Source: a virus
Strand: one strand, 5' to 3'
IMG/VR virus record: IMGVR_UViG_3300017989_000071
Coordinates: 1 to 64,000 of that record
Length of the DNA stretch: 64,000 bases
In this document: positions 33,740-42,336 of the stretch, in pieces
Numbering within the stretch: position 1 is the stretch's first letter
Layout of the letters: each line of letters starts with the position of its first letter
The notes under the pieces: generated by a model
Seen by the model: the letters and a program-made list of their open reading frames with translations, nothing else
Told to the model about the DNA's origin: nothing
The model's database searches: none
Translations under genes and position numbers: made by a program

Positions 33740-34011
33740 CCCTTGTCCTCTTTTTTCATCCGCCGCTCTTTTGCATCTTCGGCTGACGAGATATGCCACT
33801 CGCAATCCCCGTGCGCCGGGCAGTACCCTTCGCCGTCCTCCCCGCCCGGCTCGGGGCAGGGAACCTTGTATCCCGCCTCGCAGTGTATGATCGAGTCGCC
33901 GCAGCAACACGCCATCAGATCGTCGATCTCGCACCCACATTCCTCCCCGGCCAGACCGTCGTAATCGTTCTCGATCAGATACGCCTCGACAATCTCTTTC
34001 ACGCTAGGCAT
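33736..34011 (-). CDS. Cys-rich small protein
   Basis: YDGL...ECGC...DLMACCC...C. Confidence 0.65.
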   Translation of the reverse strand: MPSVKEIVEAYLIENDYDGLAGEECGCEIDDLMACCCGDSIIHCEAGYKVPCPEPGGEDGEGYCPAHGDCEWHISSAEDAKERRMKKEDKG

Positions 34012-34486
34012 CGCTGACTCCCTTCGTCCTCTCGGCCAGCAACCCCCTTCTGATCTCGGCACGATTGATCGGCGCGTCCGGATCGAGCTGCGGCTCGATC
34101 TCTCCGTGACTCGGCCAGAACCCTTCTCGGTCCGGGGTCCGGGAGGTAGGCGGATGAGGGTCGGCAGCAGCGTCGGGTGGGGGTTGGGAACCCGACGCTG
34201 AAGAGGGTGTGCCGTTTTTATCCGCCCACCTCCCGGCCTTGATGAGCTTCTTCAAACCCCGGCCTTGACGCGGACCTTGAAACCAACCCTTGTACGGCCA
34301 GAAGTGAAACTTATGGCCCTGCATCGTTCGGACCTCGAAGCTCTTGTCGTCGGGACCGGCCCCCACACGCCACCCCAGCTCTTCGAGCTCGCGCTTGGCG
34401 TTCTGCATCCGGCCATCCTCTTTCCGGCCCCGCCGCTGCCTCGCCTCACGGCGCATGAACCGGAAATCGTCTCCCATATCCCCCAC
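34004..34486 (-). CDS. Hypothetical phage protein
   Basis: MGDMGDDF...FWPYKGWF...GRG. Confidence 0.65.
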   Translation of the reverse strand: MGDMGDDFRFMRREARQRRGRKEDGRMQNAKRELEELGWRVGAGPDDKSFEVRTMQGHKFHFWPYKGWFQGPRQGRGLKKLIKAGRWADKNGTPSSASGSQPPPDAAADPHPPTSRTPDREGFWPSHGEIEPQLDPDAPINRAEIRRGLLAERTKGVSDA

Positions 34487-34488
34487 GG

Positions 34489-35103
34489 CTACTTCCCAAC
34501 CCCGAGATGTTCGGCGACGATCCCCGCAAGCGCATCCGCGACGACCTGCTCCTTCGGTCGTTTATCGAAGAAGCTGATGTACTCCAAATGCTTCTCGGCC
34601 TTCGGGGAAAGGACCAGACCTTGCGTCTGCTCACGAGCGCACAGCACGCAGGTCTCCTCACGGGTTTCCGGATGCCGGAAGGCCACCCACCCCTGCGACT
34701 CGCTGCGGTGATAACGCAGATGATGAAACGAATGCTTACCGTGGCGGCAGCATTCCGCTTTCGCCCAAAACAGCTCCAAGTCGGGGGAGATGCCGTACTC
34801 TTCGTAGATCGCCGCAATCGTCTCGGCGTCTATCATCCCCGCCTTTTCACGGCTATCCCCGGCCACCTCCCGCAGACAGAAAACGCACATCCGAGCACTC
34901 AGGTAGTAAACCGAACGCTCGCCGAAACGATGCGACTCATCGTCGCAAGGAATATCGTAGACCAGCTTCGTCCCCTTCTTGACCCAATCGAGCTCGGGGG
35001 GATACTCACTCCGGCGGATCACCTCCTCGCTCATCGGCTGCGACTTGGGGATCGCTTTCCCCTTCGGGTTCGTCCGTAACGGTGTCGGTTTCGCTGTCTC
35101 CAT
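34489..35103 (-). CDS. Protein with two C-x-x-G/H...RY...CV-x-C repeats
   Basis: CDDESHRFGERSVYYLSARMCVFC and CCRHGKH...RY...TCVLC; start uncertain. Confidence 0.65.
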   Translation of the reverse strand: METAKPTPLRTNPKGKAIPKSQPMSEEVIRRSEYPPELDWVKKGTKLVYDIPCDDESHRFGERSVYYLSARMCVFCLREVAGDSREKAGMIDAETIAAIYEEYGISPDLELFWAKAECCRHGKHSFHHLRYHRSESQGWVAFRHPETREETCVLCAREQTQGLVLSPKAEKHLEYISFFDKRPKEQVVADALAGIVAEHLGVGK

Positions 35104-35443
35104 TTTTCGGTTCCTTCTTGCAAGTCATGTGTAACGTGAATGGTTCCACGGTCTCGATCCCACTGTCCTTGACCGAGACCGGGTACATCGAATCAGGGTC
35201 GATCCATTCCCGGATCAGCAGCTCCCGGATGCACGAGGGCCGCCCGCATGTCGTATACTCCAGACCACCGGAACGCCGAAGAACCACCCGGTTACCGGAT
35301 GCGAGGATCGGCATCCCACAGATTTCGCACCGCTCGGGACAGAGAGCCATTTTCAGCGTCTCCAACCACCTCAGAAGGCTCCGAGGTAGGGCCAAGCCCT
35401 CCGGACCGCTCACGGCCCCGCTCCTTTGCGATTTTGGGGTCAT
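35006..35443 (-). CDS. Zinc-binding hypothetical protein
   Basis: CEICG...CGRPSC; overlaps the next gene. Confidence 0.5.
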   Translation of the reverse strand: MTPKSQRSGAVSGPEGLALPRSLLRWLETLKMALCPERCEICGMPILASGNRVVLRRSGGLEYTTCGRPSCIRELLIREWIDPDSMYPVSVKDSGIETVEPFTLHMTCKKEPKNGDSETDTVTDEPEGESDPQVAADERGGDPPE

Positions 35444-35601
35444 TTGGACTTCTTCCGGGGTGCCCGAGGCACCTGTCCGGTGCCGTTGCAGATTCGGCAG
35501 CACGCGAGGGGCCGCTCCCAGCCCTTACCCGGAACGAAGGTCTGCTTCTGGGGGTCCGGCTCCCGGCCAGTCCCCTTACAGGTCGGACACTTCTTTTTCA
35601 A
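35440..35601 (-). CDS. Stand-alone DnaJ-type zinc finger, 53 aa
   Basis: CPTCKGTG and CRICNGTG; TTG start overlapping the upstream stop. Confidence 0.65.
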   Translation of the reverse strand: MKKKCPTCKGTGREPDPQKQTFVPGKGWERPLACCRICNGTGQVPRAPRKKSK

Positions 35602-35885
35602 CGCTGTTCCCACTCGAACTCCTCCTCTCCGGTAACGACCGCCTCGTGAAGCGGCCCGTCTTGGAGATTGTTCTGATCCCACACCCACTTCGTGACGTAC
35701 CCCGAGAAACGATCCCCCTCGATCCGCACGTCTTCCGTCTGCGACTTCGGAACCCACGTCGCCCGGCCCTCCTCCCGGTCCACGTCGTCGGCCTTACCGC
35801 CCTCGATCCCAATCAAGTAGGCCAGCGGCGACTCGTAGAACAGGTGAGCGTCAGTCACTTCCCAATATGCTTTCATCCTCGGCAA
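35598..35885 (-). CDS. Hypothetical protein (WVPKSQ-type small beta-barrel)
   Basis: ESPLAYL...WVPKSQ...W. Confidence 0.65.
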   Translation of the reverse strand: MPRMKAYWEVTDAHLFYESPLAYLIGIEGGKADDVDREEGRATWVPKSQTEDVRIEGDRFSGYVTKWVWDQNNLQDGPLHEAVVTGEEEFEWEQR

Positions 35886-35894
35886 GGTATCCTC

Positions 35895-36554
35895 CTATCC
35901 GTATGCGTAGCCATCGATTTTAATGTGGACCAGCGGAATGTGGTGAAGCCGGTGATCGTCGATCTTGAAAATTCGCCCACAAGGTTCGATGCTCCCCGTC
36001 GGAAGACCCGACAGCAGCGAATCGTTCACCGGCCAGACCTCGCAACCGATGCACCCCTGATGAAGCTCCCCAAGTCCGGGAAGCAAGGGGAACGGCCCGA
36101 AGACGCCGACACAACGAACCCCCAGCGGAGATTGGTGGTCTTCCGTGGGGTCCGAATTGTGTATCGCGATCCCGGCAAACGTGGTATGCTCCACACCGCG
36201 CCAGTAAGGCACATACGCCCCGGTCCCGATATAGCGACCGACGAGGTTCCCCTGAAAAATCTGAACACCCTCGCGGACGTAACCCGAGGAGTGCGACCCC
36301 GCTTCCCACTTCCGCTCCTGACCGGCCTTCGCCGGTTCGGGCATGAACACCGCATCGGGGTCCATCGGCCCGTTGACCAGCTCCGTTTCGAGTAGACATC
36401 GGTTGGAAGGAATCGGGAGGCGTTCGTGATTGTTGCCCTGTATCGTATGTATCGTACCGCACTTGAACTGGCGACCGAACAGGCGCGAGGCCACCGCCAC
36501 TCCCGCACCGCACAGCGGGCATCGCTCGGAAGGTTGATCGTCGAAAGGATTCAT
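35895..36554 (-). CDS. Cys-module fused to a head cement/decoration-like (Mu gp35/DUF2190-like) domain
   Basis: VQIFQGNLV...GAYVP...FAGIA...VRCVGVF...IGCEVWPVND...CGRIFKID...VHIKI; first gene after a sigma70 promoter. Confidence 0.5.
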   Translation of the reverse strand: MNPFDDQPSERCPLCGAGVAVASRLFGRQFKCGTIHTIQGNNHERLPIPSNRCLLETELVNGPMDPDAVFMPEPAKAGQERKWEAGSHSSGYVREGVQIFQGNLVGRYIGTGAYVPYWRGVEHTTFAGIAIHNSDPTEDHQSPLGVRCVGVFGPFPLLPGLGELHQGCIGCEVWPVNDSLLSGLPTGSIEPCGRIFKIDDHRLHHIPLVHIKIDGYAYG

Positions 36555-36589
36555 TGCAAGGCTCCTTCGTTGTTGAAAAACGTACTCCT

Positions 36590-36617
36590 ATTATACACCG
36601 ATTCAAGTACGTGTCAA
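36590..36617 (-). promoter_or_regulatory. sigma70-type promoter
   Basis: TTGACA (36617-36612), 16-nt spacer, TATAAT (36595-36590). Confidence 0.85.
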
Positions 36618-37312
36618 GGCTTTTCTTCCTCCCCCCGAAACTCGAAGAATCCAGTCATCTCGGGGTGGTTTCTAATTAGCAACTTCGCATATCGCCGGAC
36701 CATCGTATTGCTGATCTTGAAACGGCCCGGACCATGGAGATCGGTATGCCAGCGGATCACGTGCATAATCGCCCGCGCACTGTACCTCTTCCTCCCGGTG
36801 TTCCACATCTCCAACGCCAGCCGCTCGAACTCCCGATAGATTTCGGGACGCCGATGATGATACATCGCGAAGGCCACATCGTGCTTTTCCGAGCCGACGC
36901 CGGGAATATAGACGCTGACCAGATTCCCCTCTTCCTCCATCGTTTCGATCATGTGGGCGGTCCCTTTACTCTTCCCGTCCCAGATCGCAATCAGACAATT
37001 CGCGTACTGCGCCATCTCTTCATTGCGGATGAAACCCGCCCGCTTTCCGTAGGTATCCCAATCCGCATGGAACACCGTAACGGGTATCCGGCACTTCACC
37101 GCCCACTGCGCCCCGAGGCGATCCACACCCCGCGCACCACCGCACACCACTTCGAGGATTGGGTGAACCAGACGCGCCGACTCCACCGCCTCGCCGACAA
37201 CAGACAAGTCCGTGATCGAGCGGCTACCGGCAATGATCGCCTTGTACCCCCATCGGTTCGGATGCTCGAAGCGCGACGGGATCACACCTAATGGGTCTTG
37301 TGGGTTTTCCAT
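36614..37312 (-). CDS. SLOG (DUF2493/YspA-like) domain fused to a conserved phage helical domain
   Basis: IIAGSR, VCGGARGVD, AGFIRNEEM, IWDGKSKGT; C-terminal PEIYREF...IRWH...RYA. Confidence 0.85.
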   Translation of the reverse strand: MENPQDPLGVIPSRFEHPNRWGYKAIIAGSRSITDLSVVGEAVESARLVHPILEVVCGGARGVDRLGAQWAVKCRIPVTVFHADWDTYGKRAGFIRNEEMAQYANCLIAIWDGKSKGTAHMIETMEEEGNLVSVYIPGVGSEKHDVAFAMYHHRRPEIYREFERLALEMWNTGRKRYSARAIMHVIRWHTDLHGPGRFKISNTMVRRYAKLLIRNHPEMTGFFEFRGEEEKP

Positions 37313-37638
37313 TCTTCCAAAAACTTCTCGACTGACTCGACCATCTCATTGTCGTGCGACGATGCAAGGAAATCGCGGGCGATGTTTTCGATCAGATGCT
37401 CCAAGTAAGCCTCGTCCTTCATTGTCTGTAACATCTCCGGTCGGATTACGTGCCGGATCGCCAAACCTCTACCTCGGGTTGGCTGAATCGTCACCTCCCA
37501 CGGAGACCACGGATCGGGAACCCCGTCCGGGTTTACCCGAGACATGTGCGGAGAAGGCCCAACACGAATCTCGTACCCCTTCCGCAGCAACCAGCCAACG
37601 AAGCTGGCGAAACCAATCGGGTGACGCTTAACGCTCAA
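37288..37638 (-). CDS. Hypothetical protein
   Basis: Overlap-coupled ORF. Confidence 0.6.
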   Translation of the reverse strand: MSVKRHPIGFASFVGWLLRKGYEIRVGPSPHMSRVNPDGVPDPWSPWEVTIQPTRGRGLAIRHVIRPEMLQTMKDEAYLEHLIENIARDFLASSHDNEMVESVEKFLEEWKTHKTH

Positions 37639-38297
37639 AACTTCTTCCCATGCTTGTACGGACGGGTCCGGTTATACTTCATCTTCTCCAGCAACGCCTC
37701 GGCGACCCTCCACCCTCGGGAGTGCGTGAAGTCCAGCAGCCGAATAATCGCGTCGGCCACCTCCTCCTCGATCCCGTGGAACTCGGGAATTTTGTCCGAA
37801 GCCACATCGAGACGCAACGCTTCCAAACCTTCGGCGAGCTCGCTGACAACCAGCATCAGCATCTCCCCGTCGTTGCGCTCCTCTTCCCACCACCCCTTCT
37901 GGACGGCGTTCTCGTGGATCATCAAGGAAACCTTATTTGTCACATCGACAAACTTTTCAGCCAGCTCGGGATCGGGCAGGAGATCGTCCTGACCGGCATC
38001 CAAGCAGGGCTTAACCGGCTTGCCGAGCTCGCGCCGTTGCTTCTGATCCTCGACGGCTTTCGCATAGTCCCCCGTCTTGTGAATCATCACAACCAGACAC
38101 GTCGAGCAGTAGTGCCGAATCGTATCGTAAGCGGGATTGTGGTAGGCACCTTGCGGCTCCTCCCCCTCCTTCCGGCTGTTCACCGAAAAGCGAATATCGA
38201 AATCCAGACCGGAGATGACCTGAACCGGAATAGGGTCTCCGGGAACCGCATCCCCAATTTCGCAGCCGCAGCGGTTGCAGTGAATCTTAATCGACAT
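37635..38297 (-). CDS. MazG-like NTP pyrophosphatase with N-terminal Zn ribbon
   Basis: LVVSELAEGLEA...EEEVADAIIRLLD...KMKYNRTRPYKHGKKF. Confidence 0.85.
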   Translation of the reverse strand: MSIKIHCNRCGCEIGDAVPGDPIPVQVISGLDFDIRFSVNSRKEGEEPQGAYHNPAYDTIRHYCSTCLVVMIHKTGDYAKAVEDQKQRRELGKPVKPCLDAGQDDLLPDPELAEKFVDVTNKVSLMIHENAVQKGWWEEERNDGEMLMLVVSELAEGLEALRLDVASDKIPEFHGIEEEVADAIIRLLDFTHSRGWRVAEALLEKMKYNRTRPYKHGKKF

Positions 38298-38784
38298 TGT
38301 GAGCTCCTTGTTCCGTAAAGATAATTCCGCAGTGATCGAACAAAACCTTTTCCAGCCGCTCGATGATCGGAGACGTTCTCGGGAAGTTGTAACCGAGAAC
38401 CATCTGCTTCCGTAGGTCCATCAGGTCACCAGCCAACGTCCCTTCGGGGGGAACCAGCATGATCCTCCCGACAATATCTTCCAACCGGGCAACCCGCTCT
38501 TCGAGTCCTCCCCGTGGCTCGGCCTTCGGAGCCGCAGGTTTTTCAGGCTCAGTAATATCGGCAGGTTGAGACACCGTATTTTTCCACCGGACAACGACGT
38601 TCCTCCCATCGTACCCCTTCTCGATCTTACCGTCGCCCTCCAACTTCCGGATAACATGAGAAACCTGATTGGAGGAAAGGTCGAGGTTCCGCCGGATGTC
38701 GGCCTGCCGAACCGGATCGGGACGATGCGCAAGGATAATATCCTGTACCGCCAGCTCGATCTCTCCGTGCTTACGGCCCTTCAT
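38287..38784 (-). CDS. Winged-HTH (MarR-like) protein
   Basis: VRQADIRRNLDLSSNQVSHVIRKLEGDGKIEK. Confidence 0.75.
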   Translation of the reverse strand: MKGRKHGEIELAVQDIILAHRPDPVRQADIRRNLDLSSNQVSHVIRKLEGDGKIEKGYDGRNVVVRWKNTVSQPADITEPEKPAAPKAEPRGGLEERVARLEDIVGRIMLVPPEGTLAGDLMDLRKQMVLGYNFPRTSPIIERLEKVLFDHCGIIFTEQGAHNVD

Positions 38785-39338
38785 CGCTTCCCCGCAATCA
38801 ATTCATACAGCCTCGGAGTGTACGACGTAATCGACCGCCCCGTCGCTATCGTCTTCATCCGACCGCACATCTCACACCACAGGATACGCTGACCCCCTGC
38901 CTCTCCGAGATCGAGCATCTTCCGGTCGCCGCATCCACACAGCGCATCCGAGCGAACAAACGGGTCCACGCCGTCTTCCAGATCAGTGATCTCGTAGTTG
39001 TCCGGGTCGATCAAGCGCACCGGCTTCCCGAGCCGCCGCGCCAACGCGAGCTCGGCACGCACCCCCTTGGAATCCTCCCATCCCGAAAGAGCAACGATCA
39101 GCAGTACATCGCAGAAGGCGATATACTCCTCGTCGAACTGACCCCAAAAACTCCAGTCACCCGGCAACTTCCCGATCACCGCCATTGGATGAGTCATTGA
39201 GATCGGAGAGAAGACATTCCACCGATGCGTTTGAATCAGATGAGCCGCCACGCGATTCACCGTCTCAAAAGAGAGCTGCGGGTCAGCTGTGTACGGAATT
39301 GCCAGATAGACCCGGAGAAGCGGCGTTGGAGACGCCAT
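38781..39338 (-). CDS. DUF1937 / nucleoside deoxyribosyltransferase-like protein with C-terminal Cys motif
   Basis: VYLAIPY, FSPISMTH, CDVLL...GWEDSKGVRAE. Confidence 0.8.
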   Translation of the reverse strand: MASPTPLLRVYLAIPYTADPQLSFETVNRVAAHLIQTHRWNVFSPISMTHPMAVIGKLPGDWSFWGQFDEEYIAFCDVLLIVALSGWEDSKGVRAELALARRLGKPVRLIDPDNYEITDLEDGVDPFVRSDALCGCGDRKMLDLGEAGGQRILWCEMCGRMKTIATGRSITSYTPRLYELIAGKR

Positions 39339-39799
39339 CAGACCACCTCCCCCTTCTCCAACAGCTTCCGCATCACCGAAGAAAAGGTCCGAGGCTCCAA
39401 CCACCCCACCACTTCGGCACGGATCGGAAACTTGGAATTTTCGGTATTCTCAATCACCGCCGGAACGCCGTCCAGAACCGACAAAGTACCTAGGGGTGTC
39501 TTCACCGACCAATCCAGCTTCCCCCGAACCGGATAGTGCTCCAGCACGTCCGCCAGTAGATCAATCTTATCCGTGTGAACGTCGAAGCGTAGATGGAAAC
39601 GACCAGTCGGGGGTTTCCATCTACGCTTCGACGGCTTACGCCCCAACGACTTCAGGCATCGAAACGCCAATTCCAATTCCACCTTGTTCGCAGGGAATAC
39701 ACCGACATTCGTTTCGATACCGTCGAACGCCACCTCCCCCGACGGAAACACGATCCGCGCCAGCGATCCAACTCGGCTGATTTTGATGTCGTGGCCCAC
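39338..39799 (-). CDS. Hypothetical protein
   Basis: Overlap-coupled ORF. Confidence 0.6.
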   Translation of the reverse strand: MGHDIKISRVGSLARIVFPSGEVAFDGIETNVGVFPANKVELELAFRCLKSLGRKPSKRRWKPPTGRFHLRFDVHTDKIDLLADVLEHYPVRGKLDWSVKTPLGTLSVLDGVPAVIENTENSKFPIRAEVVGWLEPRTFSSVMRKLLEKGEVV

Positions 39800-39811
39800 G
39801 CTTCACCCTCT

Positions 39812-39922
39812 CTATTTTTCGTAGATGATCCGACCAACCTCACCGAGAACGACGAGGCCGACCAGAATACCGAAAAACACAGCCAGACGGGATAGACCGG
39901 CAAGACCGCCCGCGCTAAGCAT
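39812..39922 (-). CDS. Small membrane peptide, 36 aa
   Basis: Not in the track; MLSAGGLAGLSRLAVFFGILVGLVVLGEV; fills the gap with coupled ends. Confidence 0.5.
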   Translation of the reverse strand: MLSAGGLAGLSRLAVFFGILVGLVVLGEVGRIIYEK

Positions 39923-40109
39923 CGGACTGCGACCTGAGAGGCTTCCGATGTGCCACCCGGCGAAGAACAATGTCTTTCGCGGATACCCGATGAATCTTCA
40001 TCGGCATCCCGAGGAACAGTACAACGTCCCCCACCTTCGGGGTATGAGTCGGGGGTGCGCTGGGATTCGGATACGTCCGTTTTCCCTGTGGCGGTTTTTG
40101 CTCGGCCAT
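39915..40109 (-). CDS. Small basic protein
   Basis: AAAGGA RBS. Confidence 0.55.
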   Translation of the reverse strand: MAEQKPPQGKRTYPNPSAPPTHTPKVGDVVLFLGMPMKIHRVSAKDIVLRRVAHRKPLRSQSDA

Positions 40110-40118
40110 CCTTTACTC

Positions 40119-40322
40119 CTAGTCCAATAAAATCTGCGGGGCCGGTTTTCCGGACTCTTCCTTGTTCGTCGGGCACGAGGGGTTGATACACTTCCGACCC
40201 GCAAACCCTCGAACCGCTTCGGCGGCCTCGACCTCACTGTCGTAGCCGTCCACAATAATCTTCCCGCACTTCTCGCAAGCAATGCAGAACGATCCCTGTT
40301 TTTTCACATAGTAATTATTCAA
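40119..40322 (-). CDS. Small zinc-ribbon protein
   Basis: CEKCG...CINPSC; TTG start. Confidence 0.55.
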   Translation of the reverse strand: MNNYYVKKQGSFCIACEKCGKIIVDGYDSEVEAAEAVRGFAGRKCINPSCPTNKEESGKPAPQILLD

Positions 40323-40671
40323 GGCGTTCGTCCTCCTTGATCGTCGCCTCGTTCTCCTCCCCACGCCGCAGACTCTCACTCCAATGGAGCTGGCAGTAGT
40401 GCGCCATCTTCAGGATTTCCCCGCCCTTCCCTTTCCCATTGAGCATCCTGACCACATACTTCAGGATGTTCCCGAGGAAGAAACTGACCGGAACGAAGCG
40501 GGCCACGTCGATCTCGACGGTGCCGGTTTTATACTTGTCGATAGTCGAGGCCCGAATGTACTCCTCCATCTTCGCGGAGAACTGCCGCCACTCCAAGATG
40601 CGGGGATGCTCCTCACGCACCCGCAACGGATTCTTCGGGACCGGATGGGTCGCCTTACGCGCCATCGTCAA
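40315..40671 (-). CDS. DUF3310-like protein
   Basis: KY..G..EID...FFLGNILKYVVR...K...ILKMAHY. Confidence 0.6.
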   Translation of the reverse strand: MTMARKATHPVPKNPLRVREEHPRILEWRQFSAKMEEYIRASTIDKYKTGTVEIDVARFVPVSFFLGNILKYVVRMLNGKGKGGEILKMAHYCQLHWSESLRRGEENEATIKEDERLE

Positions 40672-40904
40672 CTACCTTCGACGAGCTTCTGATGCTCGTA
40701 CTTGTCCTTGACGTTTTCGTTGAGGAACTTCCCGCTGGACGGGGAGAGAGCCAGCCGCATCGCTACCGATTCCACAACCCCGTGGTAAACGTATCGACCG
40801 CCGTTGTTGAACACCACCATCAGATCGCCCAGCGGATTGTTCGCTGCCGACTCCGTAGGCTCCCAGCCCACCGAGTCGATATTGGAACTCTGCACTTTAA
40901 TCAT
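40668..40904 (-). CDS. KTSC domain protein
   Basis: VQSSNIDSVGW, VVFNNGGRYVY and SSGKFLN. Confidence 0.9.
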   Translation of the reverse strand: MIKVQSSNIDSVGWEPTESAANNPLGDLMVVFNNGGRYVYHGVVESVAMRLALSPSSGKFLNENVKDKYEHQKLVEGS

Positions 40905-41529
40905 GTCTCGCTCCTCGTCTGTTGATTAACGCTTTGCGCACCTCGACGCACGGATGATCCTCGCACTCGCCCCAACGCACGTCGGGGCTATGGTACTCCC
41001 GGTGATATGACTCAGCCATCCACCGCTGAACCTCGTCCGGGCGGATGCCGACATAGGCCGAATCCTGCGGGGGAAACCCCGCAACCTGCGGACGGATGAA
41101 ACCACGCTCGAAGAGCTCTGCGAACAGGGGACCGAGATCGGTCTTCCCGGCATCTCCACTGAGCATCCCCCGTTCGCCGAGAAGTGCATAGAACTGACGG
41201 AGCAGATCGAAACCGAGATCGACCGCATCGGGAGAGATGAATCCGGGTTTGTCGTCGATCCAGATGTCCACGGGATACCCCGCCGCAATCGCCGCCTTCT
41301 CTTTATACATCGCCCCGGCGAAAACAGTCGGAATCCGGCTCCCAACCAGCGACCGCACCTCGGCTGCGGGATACGGAGTATCGTCCCGGTCCTCCCGGCC
41401 TGTGACCAGCACCGCCGAATGTCCGCGCTCCAGAATCGCGTCAAGGATTCGGTGAAACAGCCCCGGACAGGCGGCAAAGGTGCCGTCGAAGTCGATCCCG
41501 AATCGAACCTTTTCCGTCGCTTCGCTCAA
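40897..41529 (-). CDS. HAD-like phosphatase, paralogue of the 12711-13628 N-terminal domain
   Basis: FGIDFDGT, VLVTGR and VDIWIDD. Confidence 0.8.
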   Translation of the reverse strand: MSEATEKVRFGIDFDGTFAACPGLFHRILDAILERGHSAVLVTGREDRDDTPYPAAEVRSLVGSRIPTVFAGAMYKEKAAIAAGYPVDIWIDDKPGFISPDAVDLGFDLLRQFYALLGERGMLSGDAGKTDLGPLFAELFERGFIRPQVAGFPPQDSAYVGIRPDEVQRWMAESYHREYHSPDVRWGECEDHPCVEVRKALINRRGARHD

Positions 41530-41995
41530 TGTCTAATCTCCATTTAATACGCCGCACAAGATAAAAACGACTTTCGGGGTGTAGGTTGGTTGGAATCCTG
41601 AAGTCCTCCGGACTCGAATACCGCTTACCGTTCGCCAACCCCCACCCGATCCAGTCAGCGATCATCTCGTCCAAATACTTCTCCGGAACCTTCACCCGAC
41701 CCATCCCCTCCGGAACACCCCACGAAAAATCGTGGTGTTTGTTCCGGCGAAGATGAAGCGAAAAGGCATGGACAAAATCACCCGCAATATCCGGAGACTC
41801 CGACCGGCCCCACCAGTACCGCGCATACGGAAAAAACTCGTCAGGGAAGAACTTACTCAAATCGTGAGTAACCCCCCGCCACACCCGACCCATAATCAGG
41901 CACTCGATGAAGACATAATACTTATGCCGCAAAATATACAGGAGGTACTTACCGTACTGTACTCTCCCCCCGTTCGGGTCGCTGAGGTGGCTCAT
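41441..41995 (-). CDS. DUF5662 (HD-like) protein
   Basis: RHKYYV, HDLSKF, HLRRNKHH and EMIADW. Confidence 0.8.
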   Translation of the reverse strand: MSHLSDPNGGRVQYGKYLLYILRHKYYVFIECLIMGRVWRGVTHDLSKFFPDEFFPYARYWWGRSESPDIAGDFVHAFSLHLRRNKHHDFSWGVPEGMGRVKVPEKYLDEMIADWIGWGLANGKRYSSPEDFRIPTNLHPESRFYLVRRIKWRLDIERSDGKGSIRDRLRRHLCRLSGAVSPNP

Positions 41996-42336
41996 GTTTT
42001 CTTCCTTTTCCGTTTTGCTTCCGCTCGTCTTCGCGGCGTTCCTTCCGCTTTTCGAGCCGTCGCTTCAGATGCTTCCGTTTCTTTCGGGACAACGCCACAA
42101 CCTCCATCTGGATCGTAGAAGAGGGCGACCGGATCACAGTCCGTATCGACCACCACATTTGGAATCTGTCCTCGGATCGCCATCCGTAGTATCAGCGCAG
42201 CCGCGATGCCGTTATTCGCATACGAGTGATTGCACCGCCTCACCAGCTCCCCCGGAGACAGGGCAGGAACCCGCTTGACGTGCTGACGGACGAGACGCTT
42301 CAACTGCGCCCGCCTCGGATCGTTCACCACCCCCAT
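41992..42336 (-). CDS. Hypothetical basic protein
   Basis: Overlap-coupled ORF. Confidence 0.6.
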   Translation of the reverse strand: MGVVNDPRRAQLKRLVRQHVKRVPALSPGELVRRCNHSYANNGIAAALILRMAIRGQIPNVVVDTDCDPVALFYDPDGGCGVVPKETEASEATARKAEGTPRRRAEAKRKRKKT

